Source: Bacteroidales bacterium (GTDB lineage: Bacteria; Bacteroidota; Bacteroidia; Bacteroidales; UBA932). Taken from it: 64,000 nucleotides of DNA. The position numbers were made by a program, and so were the translations under genes. Where the stretch lies: positions 1 to 64,000 of the forward strand of contig JAFXVX010000018.1 of NCBI GenBank assembly GCA_017534745.1, written 5' to 3'. Under the pieces are notes generated by a model. That model saw only the letters and a list, made by a program, of their open reading frames with translations, had not been told where the DNA came from and did no database searches. This document shows positions 44,596 to 54,904 of the stretch, in pieces (the first letter of the stretch is position 1; each line of letters begins with the position of its first letter).

Positions 44596-45704
44596 AGCGC
44601 TATCTTTTTAACGACCTTGAAAGTGGATGTGAGGGCCATGCCGGCATTTTTCTTTCCGGCGAGAATGCTTCCCGCGGCATAGAGGTTCGATATGGGTTGC
44701 CCGTCCCTGAGGGGATGGAGGTCCTTGTCGGTTTTTACTCCTGCTGCCATATAGGGCTGGGGCGCGAAGAAATCTTCCGAATACCATTCGGTCCTTTCCT
44801 CCGGGCATTCAACGTCAAGCCCGAACAGCGGCTCGGAAATCTTCTGCATCGAAGACGTGAGGCCCTTGGAGAAGAATGTGCCGCTCGCAAGGATGTAATT
44901 GTCGGCCGAGAGAATGTGGGAGTCGAGATTTTTGGTGCGGATAAAACGGACAGTGCCGTCTGCAATCTCCGCCATAATTGCGGTGTCTCCCATAAGGAAG
45001 GTGCCTCCAGCCCTCTCAAAAGCCTTTTTGAGCTGGAGCTGGACCCTGATTCCCGGGACGGAAGGAGGCATCGTGCCGATGAAATTGATTTCCGCGGGGA
45101 TGGCAGCCCTGAGAGCCCTCACAGGCTCCGGACTTGCGAGCCCGAACACCTGCGGAAGAATCACCAGGTCTTCTCCGTCGAGAAGGCCCTTGATGCACTC
45201 CGCGACTTCTTCGATGCATCCGTCGAGCTTTTTGGCGATGCCCACCGAGCGCATCTCGCTGGGGCTCTCGCGTAGAAGTTTAAGGCAGGGGAGAGAGAAG
45301 GACTTTACCTTGCAGGGAATGCCCTGCTGGGAGATGCCGTCCGCTATGAAGGCGGTCGGGAAATCGATGAAGCCTTCGGGATTGGCTATGAGGACATTGG
45401 TCGCATTTATCTTCTCCGAAGGATAGAGTGTCACATCCTCAAAGGCGAGGCGGACTTTCTGCATTGATCCGGAAGGAGTCAGCCTCCAGCTGTCCTTGGC
45501 GGGATCGCCCTTCAGGACGATGCCGGCTTCTTCAAAAAGCCGGACGGTCTCTTCGGGACAGTCCCCGGAAAAAGTGCCGGAGGAGAAATGAAGGGCGTTT
45601 TCCCCGGAGGAGATGATTGCGCAGCTGATTCCTTTCTTCTGAAGCGCAAGCCCTGCCGTAAGGCCGGCAAGGCCGCCTCCTACTATTATTGTCTGAAATT
45701 TCAT
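44592..45704 (-). CDS. glpB: anaerobic glycerol-3-phosphate dehydrogenase subunit B
   Basis: 370 aa with N-terminal FAD dinucleotide-binding motif (IIVGGGLAGLTAG). Overlaps glpC start and glpA stop by 4 nt each. Confidence 0.8.
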   Translation of the reverse strand: MKFQTIIVGGGLAGLTAGLALQKKGISCAIISSGENALHFSSGTFSGDCPEETVRLFEEAGIVLKGDPAKDSWRLTPSGSMQKVRLAFEDVTLYPSEKINATNVLIANPEGFIDFPTAFIADGISQQGIPCKVKSFSLPCLKLLRESPSEMRSVGIAKKLDGCIEEVAECIKGLLDGEDLVILPQVFGLASPEPVRALRAAIPAEINFIGTMPPSVPGIRVQLQLKKAFERAGGTFLMGDTAIMAEIADGTVRFIRTKNLDSHILSADNYILASGTFFSKGLTSSMQKISEPLFGLDVECPEERTEWYSEDFFAPQPYMAAGVKTDKDLHPLRDGQPISNLYAAGSILAGKKNAGMALTSTFKVVKKIAL

Positions 45705-47290
45705 AATCCGAGGACGTGGTTATAGATCCAGTTGGTGAACTCGCACTCGCGAAGGGTGTCGCCCCAGGCGATGGGACGGCTGCCTTTCCAGCGTTCATTC
45801 ATAAATTCTCTCATATCCTTCCTGGCCCTTTCGGCGCAGCCGTGGGATGCGGCAAGCATCCCGGCTGCCCTGCAGGCGCAGAGCTCACCCTGGCAGGTCC
45901 CCATGCCGACTCTTGTGCGGCGGCGAAGATCGGTCAGGGAGTGGACTTCCAGGTTTCTGATTGCGTAGTCAACTTCACCGGAGGAAACTTCCTCGCATTC
46001 GCAGACCAGACCAACCCCCTTTTCTATGTCCTTAGCGCTGGAACCGGTCCTGAAAGCGGTCGCTTTCTGGTAGGTCGTTGCCGGCATGGTCCAGATTTTC
46101 TTGATGGTCTCCTCGAAGCCGCCGAGCTCGGAGCCAGGCAGGGGAGTCAGGGCCGTCGCGCAGTGGCGGTCCACTCCAAGCTTGCGGCAGGCGACATCGG
46201 TCGCTTTTTCCGCCATCAGCCTGTAGGTCATGAGTTTGCCGCCGGTGATTGTGATGAAGCCCTTGAGCCCGTCCCTCTCTTCGTGGTCGAGGCAGACTAT
46301 GCCGCGGCTGATGTTGCGGCCGGTCGGGTCGTTGTCCGCTGAGACGAGAGGGCGGACACCGGCATAGGCTCGAAGGATCCTCGTCGTCGCCAGCGCCGGG
46401 GCCAGTTTGGCTCCTTCCGTGAGGAGGAGGTCCACTTCCTCGGGGGTGACTTTCATGTTGTCGCACTCTTCGTAGGGGACTCTGGTTGAGGTCGTGCCAA
46501 TGATGCAGACGGTGTCTCCCGGAACTAGGATGTCGGCGTTAGCCGGCTTGCGGCAGCGGTTGATGACTATGTTGTTGACCCTGTGGGCAAAGATAAGGAG
46601 CGCTCCCTTTGCCGGGAACATTCCCACCTGGACGCCTGCCATCTCAGCGATTCCGTGGCCCCAGATGCCTCCGGCGTTGATCGTCACGGGGGCGTACCAC
46701 TCAGATTTTTCGCCAGTTACGTGATCCAGCGTCCTGACTCCGAGGACCCTGTCGCCCTCTTTGAGTATCTCAGTCACTTCGGTGTGGACCAGTACTTTAG
46801 CTCCGTGGAGCTTGGCATCCAGCATGTTGGCCGCGCAGAGGCGGAAGGGATCCACGCTGCCGTCCGGAACCCTTACGGCTCCGATGATATCCGGGTTTAC
46901 CGACGGCTCGAGCCGCCTGGCTTCTTCCGGATCTATGATGTCAGCCCTGATGCCCGCACTGCGGCAGGATTCGACAAATTTGGCCTGATAGTCAAGGTCG
47001 TCTTCCGGAAGGGTGATGAAAAATCCGTCCGTCTCATCGACACAGTGACTCGCGATGCGGCGGAGAATCATATTCTCCTCAATGCACTCCGTCGCGGACT
47101 CCTGGTCCGTCACCGCATAGCGGGCACCGCTGTGGAGGAGGCCGTGGTTGCGTCCGCTCGCACCCGTCGCGATATCGTGACGCTCGATAAGCAGGACCTT
47201 CAGTCCCCTCATCGCGCAGTCTCTCGCCGTCCCGGCTCCCGTGATGCCGCCTCCGATGATGATTACGTCAAATTCGTTGCTTTTAGCCAT
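45701..47290 (-). CDS. glpA: anaerobic glycerol-3-phosphate dehydrogenase subunit A (FAD)
   Basis: 529 aa with DVIIIGGGITGAG FAD motif, GASGRNHGLLHSG, and a C-terminal BFD-like 2Fe-2S cysteine motif (CECEEV...CQGELC). Confidence 0.9.
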   Translation of the reverse strand: MAKSNEFDVIIIGGGITGAGTARDCAMRGLKVLLIERHDIATGASGRNHGLLHSGARYAVTDQESATECIEENMILRRIASHCVDETDGFFITLPEDDLDYQAKFVESCRSAGIRADIIDPEEARRLEPSVNPDIIGAVRVPDGSVDPFRLCAANMLDAKLHGAKVLVHTEVTEILKEGDRVLGVRTLDHVTGEKSEWYAPVTINAGGIWGHGIAEMAGVQVGMFPAKGALLIFAHRVNNIVINRCRKPANADILVPGDTVCIIGTTSTRVPYEECDNMKVTPEEVDLLLTEGAKLAPALATTRILRAYAGVRPLVSADNDPTGRNISRGIVCLDHEERDGLKGFITITGGKLMTYRLMAEKATDVACRKLGVDRHCATALTPLPGSELGGFEETIKKIWTMPATTYQKATAFRTGSSAKDIEKGVGLVCECEEVSSGEVDYAIRNLEVHSLTDLRRRTRVGMGTCQGELCACRAAGMLAASHGCAERARKDMREFMNERWKGSRPIAWGDTLRECEFTNWIYNHVLGL

Positions 47291-47497
47291 ATAGCTGCTC
47301 GTTTTGCTCCTAAGAAGCGGTTTTATTTCTTCTGGACTTTCTTCAACTTGCGGCCTCCCTCCTGGGCCCTGCCGGGAATGGCAAGAAGACCTGCCATATC
47401 GATTAGAAAAAGCTTTTTCAATGTTGAAAGTTTTGTATCTACAAATATATCCATTTCGAGCTGAAAAAGCAATAGTGACCCTTCAGAAAGACATATC

Positions 47498-48613
47498 TCA
47501 TTCTTTGAGGGAGTATTCAGTGACGTTTTTGATGCCGGGAATGCTGAAGTAGGATTCTACGATGTCTCCTTTGATGAAAATATCCCGGCGGAGAAGGGAC
47601 GGGTTGGAAACGAGATTGAGGGCGTCGCGGATCGATCCTTTTTTAAGCTCCACGGCCATGCAGGAGGCTTTATCGGTTGTAGAAGATCTCGATGCAATGG
47701 CAAAATGGGTGTCCTTTGAGAACGGCGGCTCGGTCTTCATCGAACTGCCGCTGGAAAGGTCTCCGCCCACGATGAATCCGCGGACCCAGACGCCTGTCCT
47801 GCCGACCGAAGCCTTGGCTTCAGCAAGGCCCATAGCCTTTTCAATGCTGCTGCCGGCCTCTGCGGACACCTCGCCGATGACACATTCATCGTCAAGATAG
47901 ACGGCGGAGGTGTCAAGCTGGATGCTTGAAGACTTTCCTGGCGAACTCTGGCTGTCACCGCTAGAAGACTGACTTCCTGCGGAAACTTTCAGAGAGAGTA
48001 TCTCTCCGGCGTAGAGAGCCCTTGAGAACACGGTTTCCCGTTTGTCGCCCATTGCCAGCTCAAGGGAGACGATACCGGGATTGAAAAAAGCCGTCCGCTC
48101 TTCCCTGAACCCATAAGGGAGGCTCCCTCCGTCCCCGGAGACAAAGAGCTGGCCGCCAGGATAGGCAGCGGTAAAGTCGGGCGTTACGCGGAGACGGATC
48201 CCCGAGTTGATCAGAGAGCAGTCAAAGCGTACGGCGACATCTTCTCCTTCTTTAACAATGACTATCTCCTCATCGCCATAGACCGGAGTGTCGAATGCCG
48301 GCAGGCTCGCATCGGTCGAGACGACCTTTAGCGTGTAGGTCCCAGGACTGACCGGAAGAATCTCCGGGGAGGCCCCGTAGGGCCCGTTGTAGAGGATGGA
48401 ACCGCCGGGACCTGTGATGGAGAGGACAAAGTCATTGGTGTCAGGGATGTCATAGGTGGCCCTGGTCAGGCCTGCTCCGGAGAAACTCCAGCGGAGAGAG
48501 GTGAGGGGAGCGCCGTTCCCTTTTTCAGACTTTTTTCCCGTACCGAAGAAATCTTCACAGGACGGGACGGCAAGGATTGCGGCGGCCGCTAGAATGGCTG
48601 TAATCTTTTTCAT
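47498..48613 (-). CDS. lipoprotein, unknown function
   Basis: 371 aa with lipoprotein signal (ILAVPSC-E), beta-rich sequence and a Ser/Gly-rich linker. Confidence 0.5.
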   Translation of the reverse strand: MKKITAILAAAAILAVPSCEDFFGTGKKSEKGNGAPLTSLRWSFSGAGLTRATYDIPDTNDFVLSITGPGGSILYNGPYGASPEILPVSPGTYTLKVVSTDASLPAFDTPVYGDEEIVIVKEGEDVAVRFDCSLINSGIRLRVTPDFTAAYPGGQLFVSGDGGSLPYGFREERTAFFNPGIVSLELAMGDKRETVFSRALYAGEILSLKVSAGSQSSSGDSQSSPGKSSSIQLDTSAVYLDDECVIGEVSAEAGSSIEKAMGLAEAKASVGRTGVWVRGFIVGGDLSSGSSMKTEPPFSKDTHFAIASRSSTTDKASCMAVELKKGSIRDALNLVSNPSLLRRDIFIKGDIVESYFSIPGIKNVTEYSLKE

Positions 48614-48699
48614 GGCGAATCATTTTTTCGTCAAATATAATCCGCCCGCCGTTCCGCCATATTAAAAAACAAAAATTCTTTTTTGGGGTAGTCCAAATA

Positions 48700-48737
48700 T
48701 TTTCAGGGGTACCCCGAGACCGGAGTACCCCTGAAAA
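48700..48737. terminator. perfect 13-bp inverted repeat TTTTCAGGGGTAC / GTACCCCTGAAAA (12-nt loop) flanked by A/T tracts; likely terminator of the M16 peptidase gene
   Basis: Seen directly in the sequence in the 147-bp gap between the peptidase stop (48761) and the lipoprotein gene start (48613). Confidence 0.45.
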
Positions 48738-48760
48738 CTTAAAAAAGAGTAAGCAGCTGA

Positions 48761-51649
48761 TTAATAGCCGAATATATCTTCGAGAGTAACGGTCTTCACC
48801 GGACCGAGGGAACGGAGGAAACCCTGATCCAGCTCGGCCGGATCGCCGAGGATAGCGTAGGTGTAGTTCCTGCCTTTGATCCACTTTGCATGGGTTGCGA
48901 CAAGATTCTCCATGGTCATCCCTGAGAGGCCTTCGAAGATGTACTTGTCAAGCGGAGCGTCGATTCCGAGCTCCTCGTCGGAGAGGTAGCTTACAAGTAC
49001 GTCGTATCCGATGGTCCGCTCGGTGCGGATCCTGGACTCAATGGCTGACTTTGCAATCTCGAGGCTGTGCTCCGACTGCGGCATATTGTTGATGATGTCG
49101 TCGAAGGCCTCGACCGCCTTGCGGAGCTTGTCGTTCTGCGAGGCGATGTATGCCATAAAGTGGTAGGTGTCGTCCTTGAATGAAGGGGAGACGAGAACCG
49201 AGTAGGCTGAGTAGGCGAGTGCGCGGGATTCCCTCATCTCCTGGAAGACGATGGTGTTCATTCCTCCGCCGAAGTATTCGTTGAAGAATGCTATCTGCGC
49301 GATGTCTTCGGTGGAGAATTTCTCACCCCTGTTGGAATACTGCGTGAAATTGAACTGGCGGGCCTTGTAGGGGGCCAGGATTACGCTGTTGCCGCTGGTG
49401 AGGACTTTCTGGGGATGCTGCTTCACGACAGGCTCAAGGTCAGGGGAGACCGGATGGTTCTCCTTGAGGAGAGTCTCCACCTCGGCCTTTGATGCCGGTC
49501 CGTAATACAGCACCCTGTGCTTCTTGTCGGTCAGGGCGCGGAGTGAAGCGAGGACTTCGTCCGGGGTCAGTTCCATGAGGTCGGCATTGCCGATGGTCGA
49601 GTTTTTAATGTATTCGCCTCCATAGGTGAAATACTTTCTCAGTGCATAGGAGCAGGCCCTCTGGTTCATCTTGTCGTCGGACCTCTGCTTGAGGACGTCC
49701 TCTTTCAGCGATTCGAGAACCTCCTCGTCGCCCTCGGCCTTGAGGATGAGGTCCCACACAGTGCCCATGGCTTCTCCGGTGTTCTCCCCGAGACCGGAGA
49801 CGCTTACGGTCGTCCTGAACGGGCTGGTGTAAACGTTGAAGGATGAGGCGATTGCATACATCTCAGTCGCAATGTCTTCAGCGCTCTTGTCGGCGGTGCC
49901 AAGATAGTCGATGTAATCGGAAGCAATGTCGAGGACCGGATCGTCCTGGGTGCCGGTGTCCCAGACAAAGCTCATGTAGGCCAGGGCGTTGCGCTCGTTC
50001 TTCTTGTAGAGCACTTCGAGGCCTTCGCACTCGAAGATGTCCATATCGTTCTTGTAATCTACGAACACGGGCTCTATCGGCTCAGGCACAATTTCGGTCT
50101 GGGCGGAGAGGAAGTCGCTCCGGAGGTCCCTGTTGGTCAGGATGGGAGTGATTTTAGGCGCATCTATCTTTTTGACGGAGAGGTCCTCGCCGACGCGTTC
50201 GAATACCACGGCGGCATTCTCGTCAGCCAGATACTTTGAGGCCCAGGCAACTACGTCGGCCTTGCGCAGTTTGGCGACCTTGCCGGGACGTGCGACGGCG
50301 TCTTTCCAGGGGATGCCCGCTATGAAGGCATTGACGAATTTCATCGCCCTGGAACGGTTCTCTTCGAGCGAATACATCTCTTCCTTCTTAATGTTCTCTA
50401 TGACGGCAGGCACCAGATCATCGGAGAATTCGCCGCTGCGAAGCTTGGCGACTTCAGCCAGAATAAGGTCCCTGACCTCTTCCTGGCTCTGGCCCTCCTT
50501 CGGGGTGCCGATGATAAGGAAAGTGCCGTAATCCACACGGCCATAGGGGAATACCTGCACATCAAGCACCTTCTGCTGCTGCACAAGGTCGAGGTCCATA
50601 AGGCCGGCCATGCTGTTCATGAGGACGTAGCCGGCGACATCGGCGACGATGCTTTCCTCAGAGGACTCGCCAGGATACCTCCAGCCCATCATGACAAATT
50701 CGCTCTCAATGCCATAGACGTCCTTTGACATCGGCTCGGAGGGAGTTTCTTCCGCTTCAAAGCTGAATTTGGGAAGATTCGGATTGGGTTTCCAGTCGCC
50801 GAAATATTTCTTGATGATTCCGATCATCTCATCCGGGTCGAAATCGCCGGAGAGACAGATAGCGACGTTGTTGGGGACATAGTAGGTGTCCTTGTGGGAA
50901 CGGATGGTCCGGAGTGAAGGATTCTTGAGGTGATCCTGGGTGCCGATTACGGTCTGCGTGCCGTAGGGATGCTTGCGGAAAAGCATTGAATCCACAGCGT
51001 CAAGGGCTTTCTCCTCGTCGTCGGCAAGGCTCATGTTCTTCTCCTCGTACACGGCTTCAAGCTCAGTGTGGAAGCCCCTGAACACGCAGTTTTTGAAGCG
51101 GTCGGCCTCGATTTCGGCCCACTGCTCAATCCTGTTGGAGGGGATGTCTTCGGTGTAGCAGGTCACGTCGTTGGAGGTGAAGGCGTTGGTGCCGTCGCTT
51201 CCGATTGTGGCCATCAGTTTGTCGTATTCGTTGGGAATCGCGAGGCGCGAAGCTTCGTAGCTGATGGAGTCGATCTGGTGATATATGGCCAGCCTCTCAG
51301 CAGTGTCGGTCTTGGTCCTGTACACTTCAAACAGGCTGTCCACTGCGTCCAGCAGAGGCTTTTCAGCCGCATAGTCTGATGTGCCGAACTGCTCCGTACC
51401 TTTGAACATCATGTGCTCGAGGTAGTGGGCGAGGCCGGTGTTGTCCGCCGGGTCGTTTTTCCCGCCGACTTTCACGGCGATGTAGGTCTGGATGCGGGGA
51501 GCATCCTTGTTTACGGTCATGTAAACCGTCAGTCCGTTGTCGAGCGTATAGATCCTCGAATCCATCGGATCCCCGCTCACTTTCTTGTACTCGCAGCACG
51601 ACGACACCACCGCCGTCACCGCCGCCAATAAAAACAATAATTTCTTCAT
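48761..51649 (-). CDS. M16-family zinc metallopeptidase (pitrilysin/insulinase-like, two-half single chain)
   Basis: 962 aa with signal peptide, inverted zinc motif HYLEHMMFKGT and downstream Glu. Length is consistent with a fused active and inactive half. Confidence 0.85.
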   Translation of the reverse strand: MKKLLFLLAAVTAVVSSCCEYKKVSGDPMDSRIYTLDNGLTVYMTVNKDAPRIQTYIAVKVGGKNDPADNTGLAHYLEHMMFKGTEQFGTSDYAAEKPLLDAVDSLFEVYRTKTDTAERLAIYHQIDSISYEASRLAIPNEYDKLMATIGSDGTNAFTSNDVTCYTEDIPSNRIEQWAEIEADRFKNCVFRGFHTELEAVYEEKNMSLADDEEKALDAVDSMLFRKHPYGTQTVIGTQDHLKNPSLRTIRSHKDTYYVPNNVAICLSGDFDPDEMIGIIKKYFGDWKPNPNLPKFSFEAEETPSEPMSKDVYGIESEFVMMGWRYPGESSEESIVADVAGYVLMNSMAGLMDLDLVQQQKVLDVQVFPYGRVDYGTFLIIGTPKEGQSQEEVRDLILAEVAKLRSGEFSDDLVPAVIENIKKEEMYSLEENRSRAMKFVNAFIAGIPWKDAVARPGKVAKLRKADVVAWASKYLADENAAVVFERVGEDLSVKKIDAPKITPILTNRDLRSDFLSAQTEIVPEPIEPVFVDYKNDMDIFECEGLEVLYKKNERNALAYMSFVWDTGTQDDPVLDIASDYIDYLGTADKSAEDIATEMYAIASSFNVYTSPFRTTVSVSGLGENTGEAMGTVWDLILKAEGDEEVLESLKEDVLKQRSDDKMNQRACSYALRKYFTYGGEYIKNSTIGNADLMELTPDEVLASLRALTDKKHRVLYYGPASKAEVETLLKENHPVSPDLEPVVKQHPQKVLTSGNSVILAPYKARQFNFTQYSNRGEKFSTEDIAQIAFFNEYFGGGMNTIVFQEMRESRALAYSAYSVLVSPSFKDDTYHFMAYIASQNDKLRKAVEAFDDIINNMPQSEHSLEIAKSAIESRIRTERTIGYDVLVSYLSDEELGIDAPLDKYIFEGLSGMTMENLVATHAKWIKGRNYTYAILGDPAELDQGFLRSLGPVKTVTLEDIFGY

Positions 51650-51681
51650 ATATAAATATTTAGTTGTTTTTCAATAAGCTA

Positions 51682-53928
51682 CTATTGCTTCAGCCAGCGG
51701 TCGAGCCAGGAGAAGTAGCTGCGGTGCCAGTAGAGGGCGTTCTGGGGCTGGAGGATCCAGTGGTTCTCGTCGGGGAAGACGATAAGCCTGGAGGGAACGC
51801 CCATCATCTGGGCTGCGTTGAAAGCGGCCATGGCTTCGTCGTAGGGGACGCGGAAGTCGTTGCCGCCGTGGATGCAGAGGATGGGGGTGTGCCAGTTCTG
51901 TACCAGCTTGTGGGGCGAGTTGGCGTAGTGACGGACGGCTTCCGCCTTGTTGCTCCAGGGGGAGCCGGCCTGCTGCATGCCGCCGAAGGTGATGCCGTCG
52001 CCGCGGGCGCCGAGTTCGCCTTCATCGTAGGCATACTCGTAAGGGATGCCGCCGTTGTCCCAGTTGGGGAACCACATTTCTTCGGTCGTCATGTACATGT
52101 GCTCCTCGTTGAAGATGCCGGCGTGGGCGATGAAGCAGTCATAGACGTCGCCGTGGATGCCGGCGAGGTAATAGACGCTGTAGCCGCCGTAGCTGGCTCC
52201 GCAGGCTGCGATCTTGCCGACATACGGCTCTGCCTTGAGGGCTTTGGCCGCGGAGAGGTAATCCTGCATATTGAGACCAATGTAGTCGCCGCTGATCTCT
52301 TCGCACCACTCCTGACCGAAGGCGGTCGTGCCGCGGCGGTTGGGGAGGATGACGATGTATCCCTGGGAGGCCATAAGGCGGTAGTTCCACCTGTAGGACC
52401 AGTCCTCGGAAAGGGTCCCCTGGGGGCCTCCGAGGGTGATTTCGATGGCTGGATAGACCTTTGAAGGGTCGAATTTCGGAGGGTAGAGAACCCAGGTCAG
52501 CATCTGCTGGCCGTCCACGGTCTCTATCATCCTCTTCTCGTGGCGGATCGGATCAAGACGGGAGAGGATGACGTCGTTTTCGGAAGTGATTTTCTCGACT
52601 GTCTTTGCCTCCGGATTGATGGCGGCAAGCTCCGTCGGGAAATCCATGGAGGAGAAGGTCGCGAGAAGCGCGCCGTCTTCGCGGAAGCCGAACGGGCTGC
52701 CGAAATCGGCCGTCTCGTAGAAGCCGGTGAGAGGGCCTTCGACTTTGTCTCCATTAATGTCTACCCTGAAGATACCCTGGACACCTTCCTTGTACAATGC
52801 ATTGAAATAGATCCAATTGCCGTCCGGGCTGACGACCGGGGATGCGGCGTTGTAGGGGAACTCCCAGGTCAACTCGGCCGGGTTGTAGGCTACCAGCTCC
52901 GGACCGTCACCTTCGCCTTCGCCGTCTCCACAGTCGTGGTCTTCCATAATTGCTGCGCGGCAGATGTCCACCTTGTCGGCCTCGTAGCCGTCACGCGCCA
53001 TTTGGAGCCAGAAGATATACTCTCCGTCGGGGCTCCAGAAGGGAGTCGTGGAATAGCCCCTCGGGGTGAGGGCGGAGAGGGAAGCGGTCTTGCTCGTTTT
53101 CAGGTCATAGACATATATATTGGTGTCGGTGGAGAAGGCGTATTCCTTGCCTTCTTTCTTTTTGCATGAATAGGCGACATAGCGTCCGTTCGGGCTCCAG
53201 GCGAGCTCTTCGAGTCCGCCCCACGGGCCGTTCGGGAGCTGGTATTTGACTTCCGGACCGCCGAGGATGTCAATGGAATTCTCCGGGGTCACTTTCTTCC
53301 CGGCGGGAGCTATGAAGCTGTGGTTGATCTCGGTCATCCAGTGGTCCCAGTGGCGGTACATAAGGTCGTCGGTAGCATAGGCCTTGGCTTTGTCGAGAAG
53401 CGGATCGCTCTCGGAGGGAATCTCCACGGCCGAGCGTACCTGGCTGATATAGAGGATATTTTCGCCGTCAGGGGAGAAGCCGAACTCCTCAATGCCTGCG
53501 GGGATATCGCTCATCTTGACGGCCTTGCCAAGTTTGCCGGCCTTGAACGGGGCCTTCCACAACTGACCGCCCTGAAGGTACCAGATGTGGCTGCCGTCCT
53601 TGTCCCAGCGGGCGCAGGAGATGCTCTTCGGGCTCCTGGTGAGCTGAATCTTCTCTCCGCCCTCAGCGGGGGTGATAAAGAGGTTGCGGCAGGAGCGGTT
53701 CTCCGGGATGGAGGTGTAGGACACCCCGTAGAGAATCGTCTTGCCGTCAGGCGATAGCTGAGGGTCCGACAACCTGCCGAGCGACAGCAGGACCTCGGGC
53801 GTCATGTGCCCGTCCACAATCTCCGGCGACGCCGGCCCTATGTACTCAGCCTTTTCTTTCATTGCACCGTCATTGCACCCCGCGACTACTACCATGGCCG
53901 CACTGAGCGCTAAAAATAATTTTTTCAT
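51682..53928 (-). CDS. S9-family serine peptidase with N-terminal beta-propeller (acylaminoacyl-peptidase/prolyl oligopeptidase-like)
   Basis: 748 aa with signal peptide, TolB-like propeller repeats (SPDGK, SPDGE, SPNGR) and C-terminal hydrolase with GASYGG nucleophile and DxxH...H. Confidence 0.85.
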   Translation of the reverse strand: MKKLFLALSAAMVVVAGCNDGAMKEKAEYIGPASPEIVDGHMTPEVLLSLGRLSDPQLSPDGKTILYGVSYTSIPENRSCRNLFITPAEGGEKIQLTRSPKSISCARWDKDGSHIWYLQGGQLWKAPFKAGKLGKAVKMSDIPAGIEEFGFSPDGENILYISQVRSAVEIPSESDPLLDKAKAYATDDLMYRHWDHWMTEINHSFIAPAGKKVTPENSIDILGGPEVKYQLPNGPWGGLEELAWSPNGRYVAYSCKKKEGKEYAFSTDTNIYVYDLKTSKTASLSALTPRGYSTTPFWSPDGEYIFWLQMARDGYEADKVDICRAAIMEDHDCGDGEGEGDGPELVAYNPAELTWEFPYNAASPVVSPDGNWIYFNALYKEGVQGIFRVDINGDKVEGPLTGFYETADFGSPFGFREDGALLATFSSMDFPTELAAINPEAKTVEKITSENDVILSRLDPIRHEKRMIETVDGQQMLTWVLYPPKFDPSKVYPAIEITLGGPQGTLSEDWSYRWNYRLMASQGYIVILPNRRGTTAFGQEWCEEISGDYIGLNMQDYLSAAKALKAEPYVGKIAACGASYGGYSVYYLAGIHGDVYDCFIAHAGIFNEEHMYMTTEEMWFPNWDNGGIPYEYAYDEGELGARGDGITFGGMQQAGSPWSNKAEAVRHYANSPHKLVQNWHTPILCIHGGNDFRVPYDEAMAAFNAAQMMGVPSRLIVFPDENHWILQPQNALYWHRSYFSWLDRWLKQ

Positions 53929-53948
53929 ATCTGAATTTTAATGTCTTA

Positions 53949-54878
53949 TTATATATCTTCATACAGCTTAGCGGCTTTTTTGTGTTCATCGGCGACGGCG
54001 GAGCGGAGGGAGGAGGGGGAGAGGACCTCGATGCGGGGGCCGCGGCGGCAGAGTTCCATAATGAAATCCTCGTTGGGGATGAGGAAGATGCGGAAAATGG
54101 AACTGCCGTCGGGAAGGGTCTCTTCCAGCTCCTGGGTCGGGTGGATGGGCAGGTCCCTGAGATAGCGCGTCTCCTTCGGGGAGGCCTTGATGCGGATAAT
54201 CACGGGCTTTTCGCCCTCGTCCGGGAGATAGACTCCGTAGGATACCCTGAAAAGGCCCTCGGCATCGAAATCCTTCGGGAGGGTAAAACTCTTTCCGGTC
54301 TCCCGCAGGGAGCGGATGCGGTCGAGGCCATAGACGCGGAGAGCGTTTCTTTCCAGGCAGAAACCTATTAAGTACCAGCGCCTTGCCACCTCCTTTAGGG
54401 CATAGGGGCGGACAGTGAGAGGTTCCGCTCCGGAGGCGGTGTATTTCTCATAGCCGATGGCTATCTCGCGGCCGTCCAGCATCGCTTTCATAATGGTGGT
54501 CAGATGTCTGTGGCCGGAAGGGACTTCATCGACGGAAACCCTTCCGGAGAGCCTTTCCTTGCCGATGGAAAGGACGCTGCCGACGGTGAAGGTGTCCACC
54601 AGCCAGCGGGTCGTGGAGGTCGCGTCCAGCGAATCGTCCCCGCCGGGAATATAGTACCTGCGGGTGCGCCTGTCGCAGAGAATCTCCACCCCGAAAGCAT
54701 CCAGGATGGCGCTGCGGTGGTTGTTGAACGACCGCCTCGGGTATGCGGCGTCGTATCTATCCTCATACCTCTCCTGCAACTCCTCAAGCGACAACCCTCC
54801 CGGCCCTGCGTTGAGCAGGGTTTCCAGAAGCCATATGTATTTGTCTATCAGTTCACCAACCATCGGTATGAACGCCAA
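53949..54878 (-). CDS. WYL-domain transcriptional regulator (wHTH, WYL and C-terminal extension; BrxR/CapW-like architecture)
   Basis: 309 aa with an N-terminal winged-HTH region and a central ARRWYLIGFC WYL signature. Host-like GC (about 62%). Confidence 0.8.
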   Translation of the reverse strand: MAFIPMVGELIDKYIWLLETLLNAGPGGLSLEELQERYEDRYDAAYPRRSFNNHRSAILDAFGVEILCDRRTRRYYIPGGDDSLDATSTTRWLVDTFTVGSVLSIGKERLSGRVSVDEVPSGHRHLTTIMKAMLDGREIAIGYEKYTASGAEPLTVRPYALKEVARRWYLIGFCLERNALRVYGLDRIRSLRETGKSFTLPKDFDAEGLFRVSYGVYLPDEGEKPVIIRIKASPKETRYLRDLPIHPTQELEETLPDGSSIFRIFLIPNEDFIMELCRRGPRIEVLSPSSLRSAVADEHKKAAKLYEDI

Positions 54879-54904
54879 CTGACAAATTTACAAAAAGAAT
54901 TAGT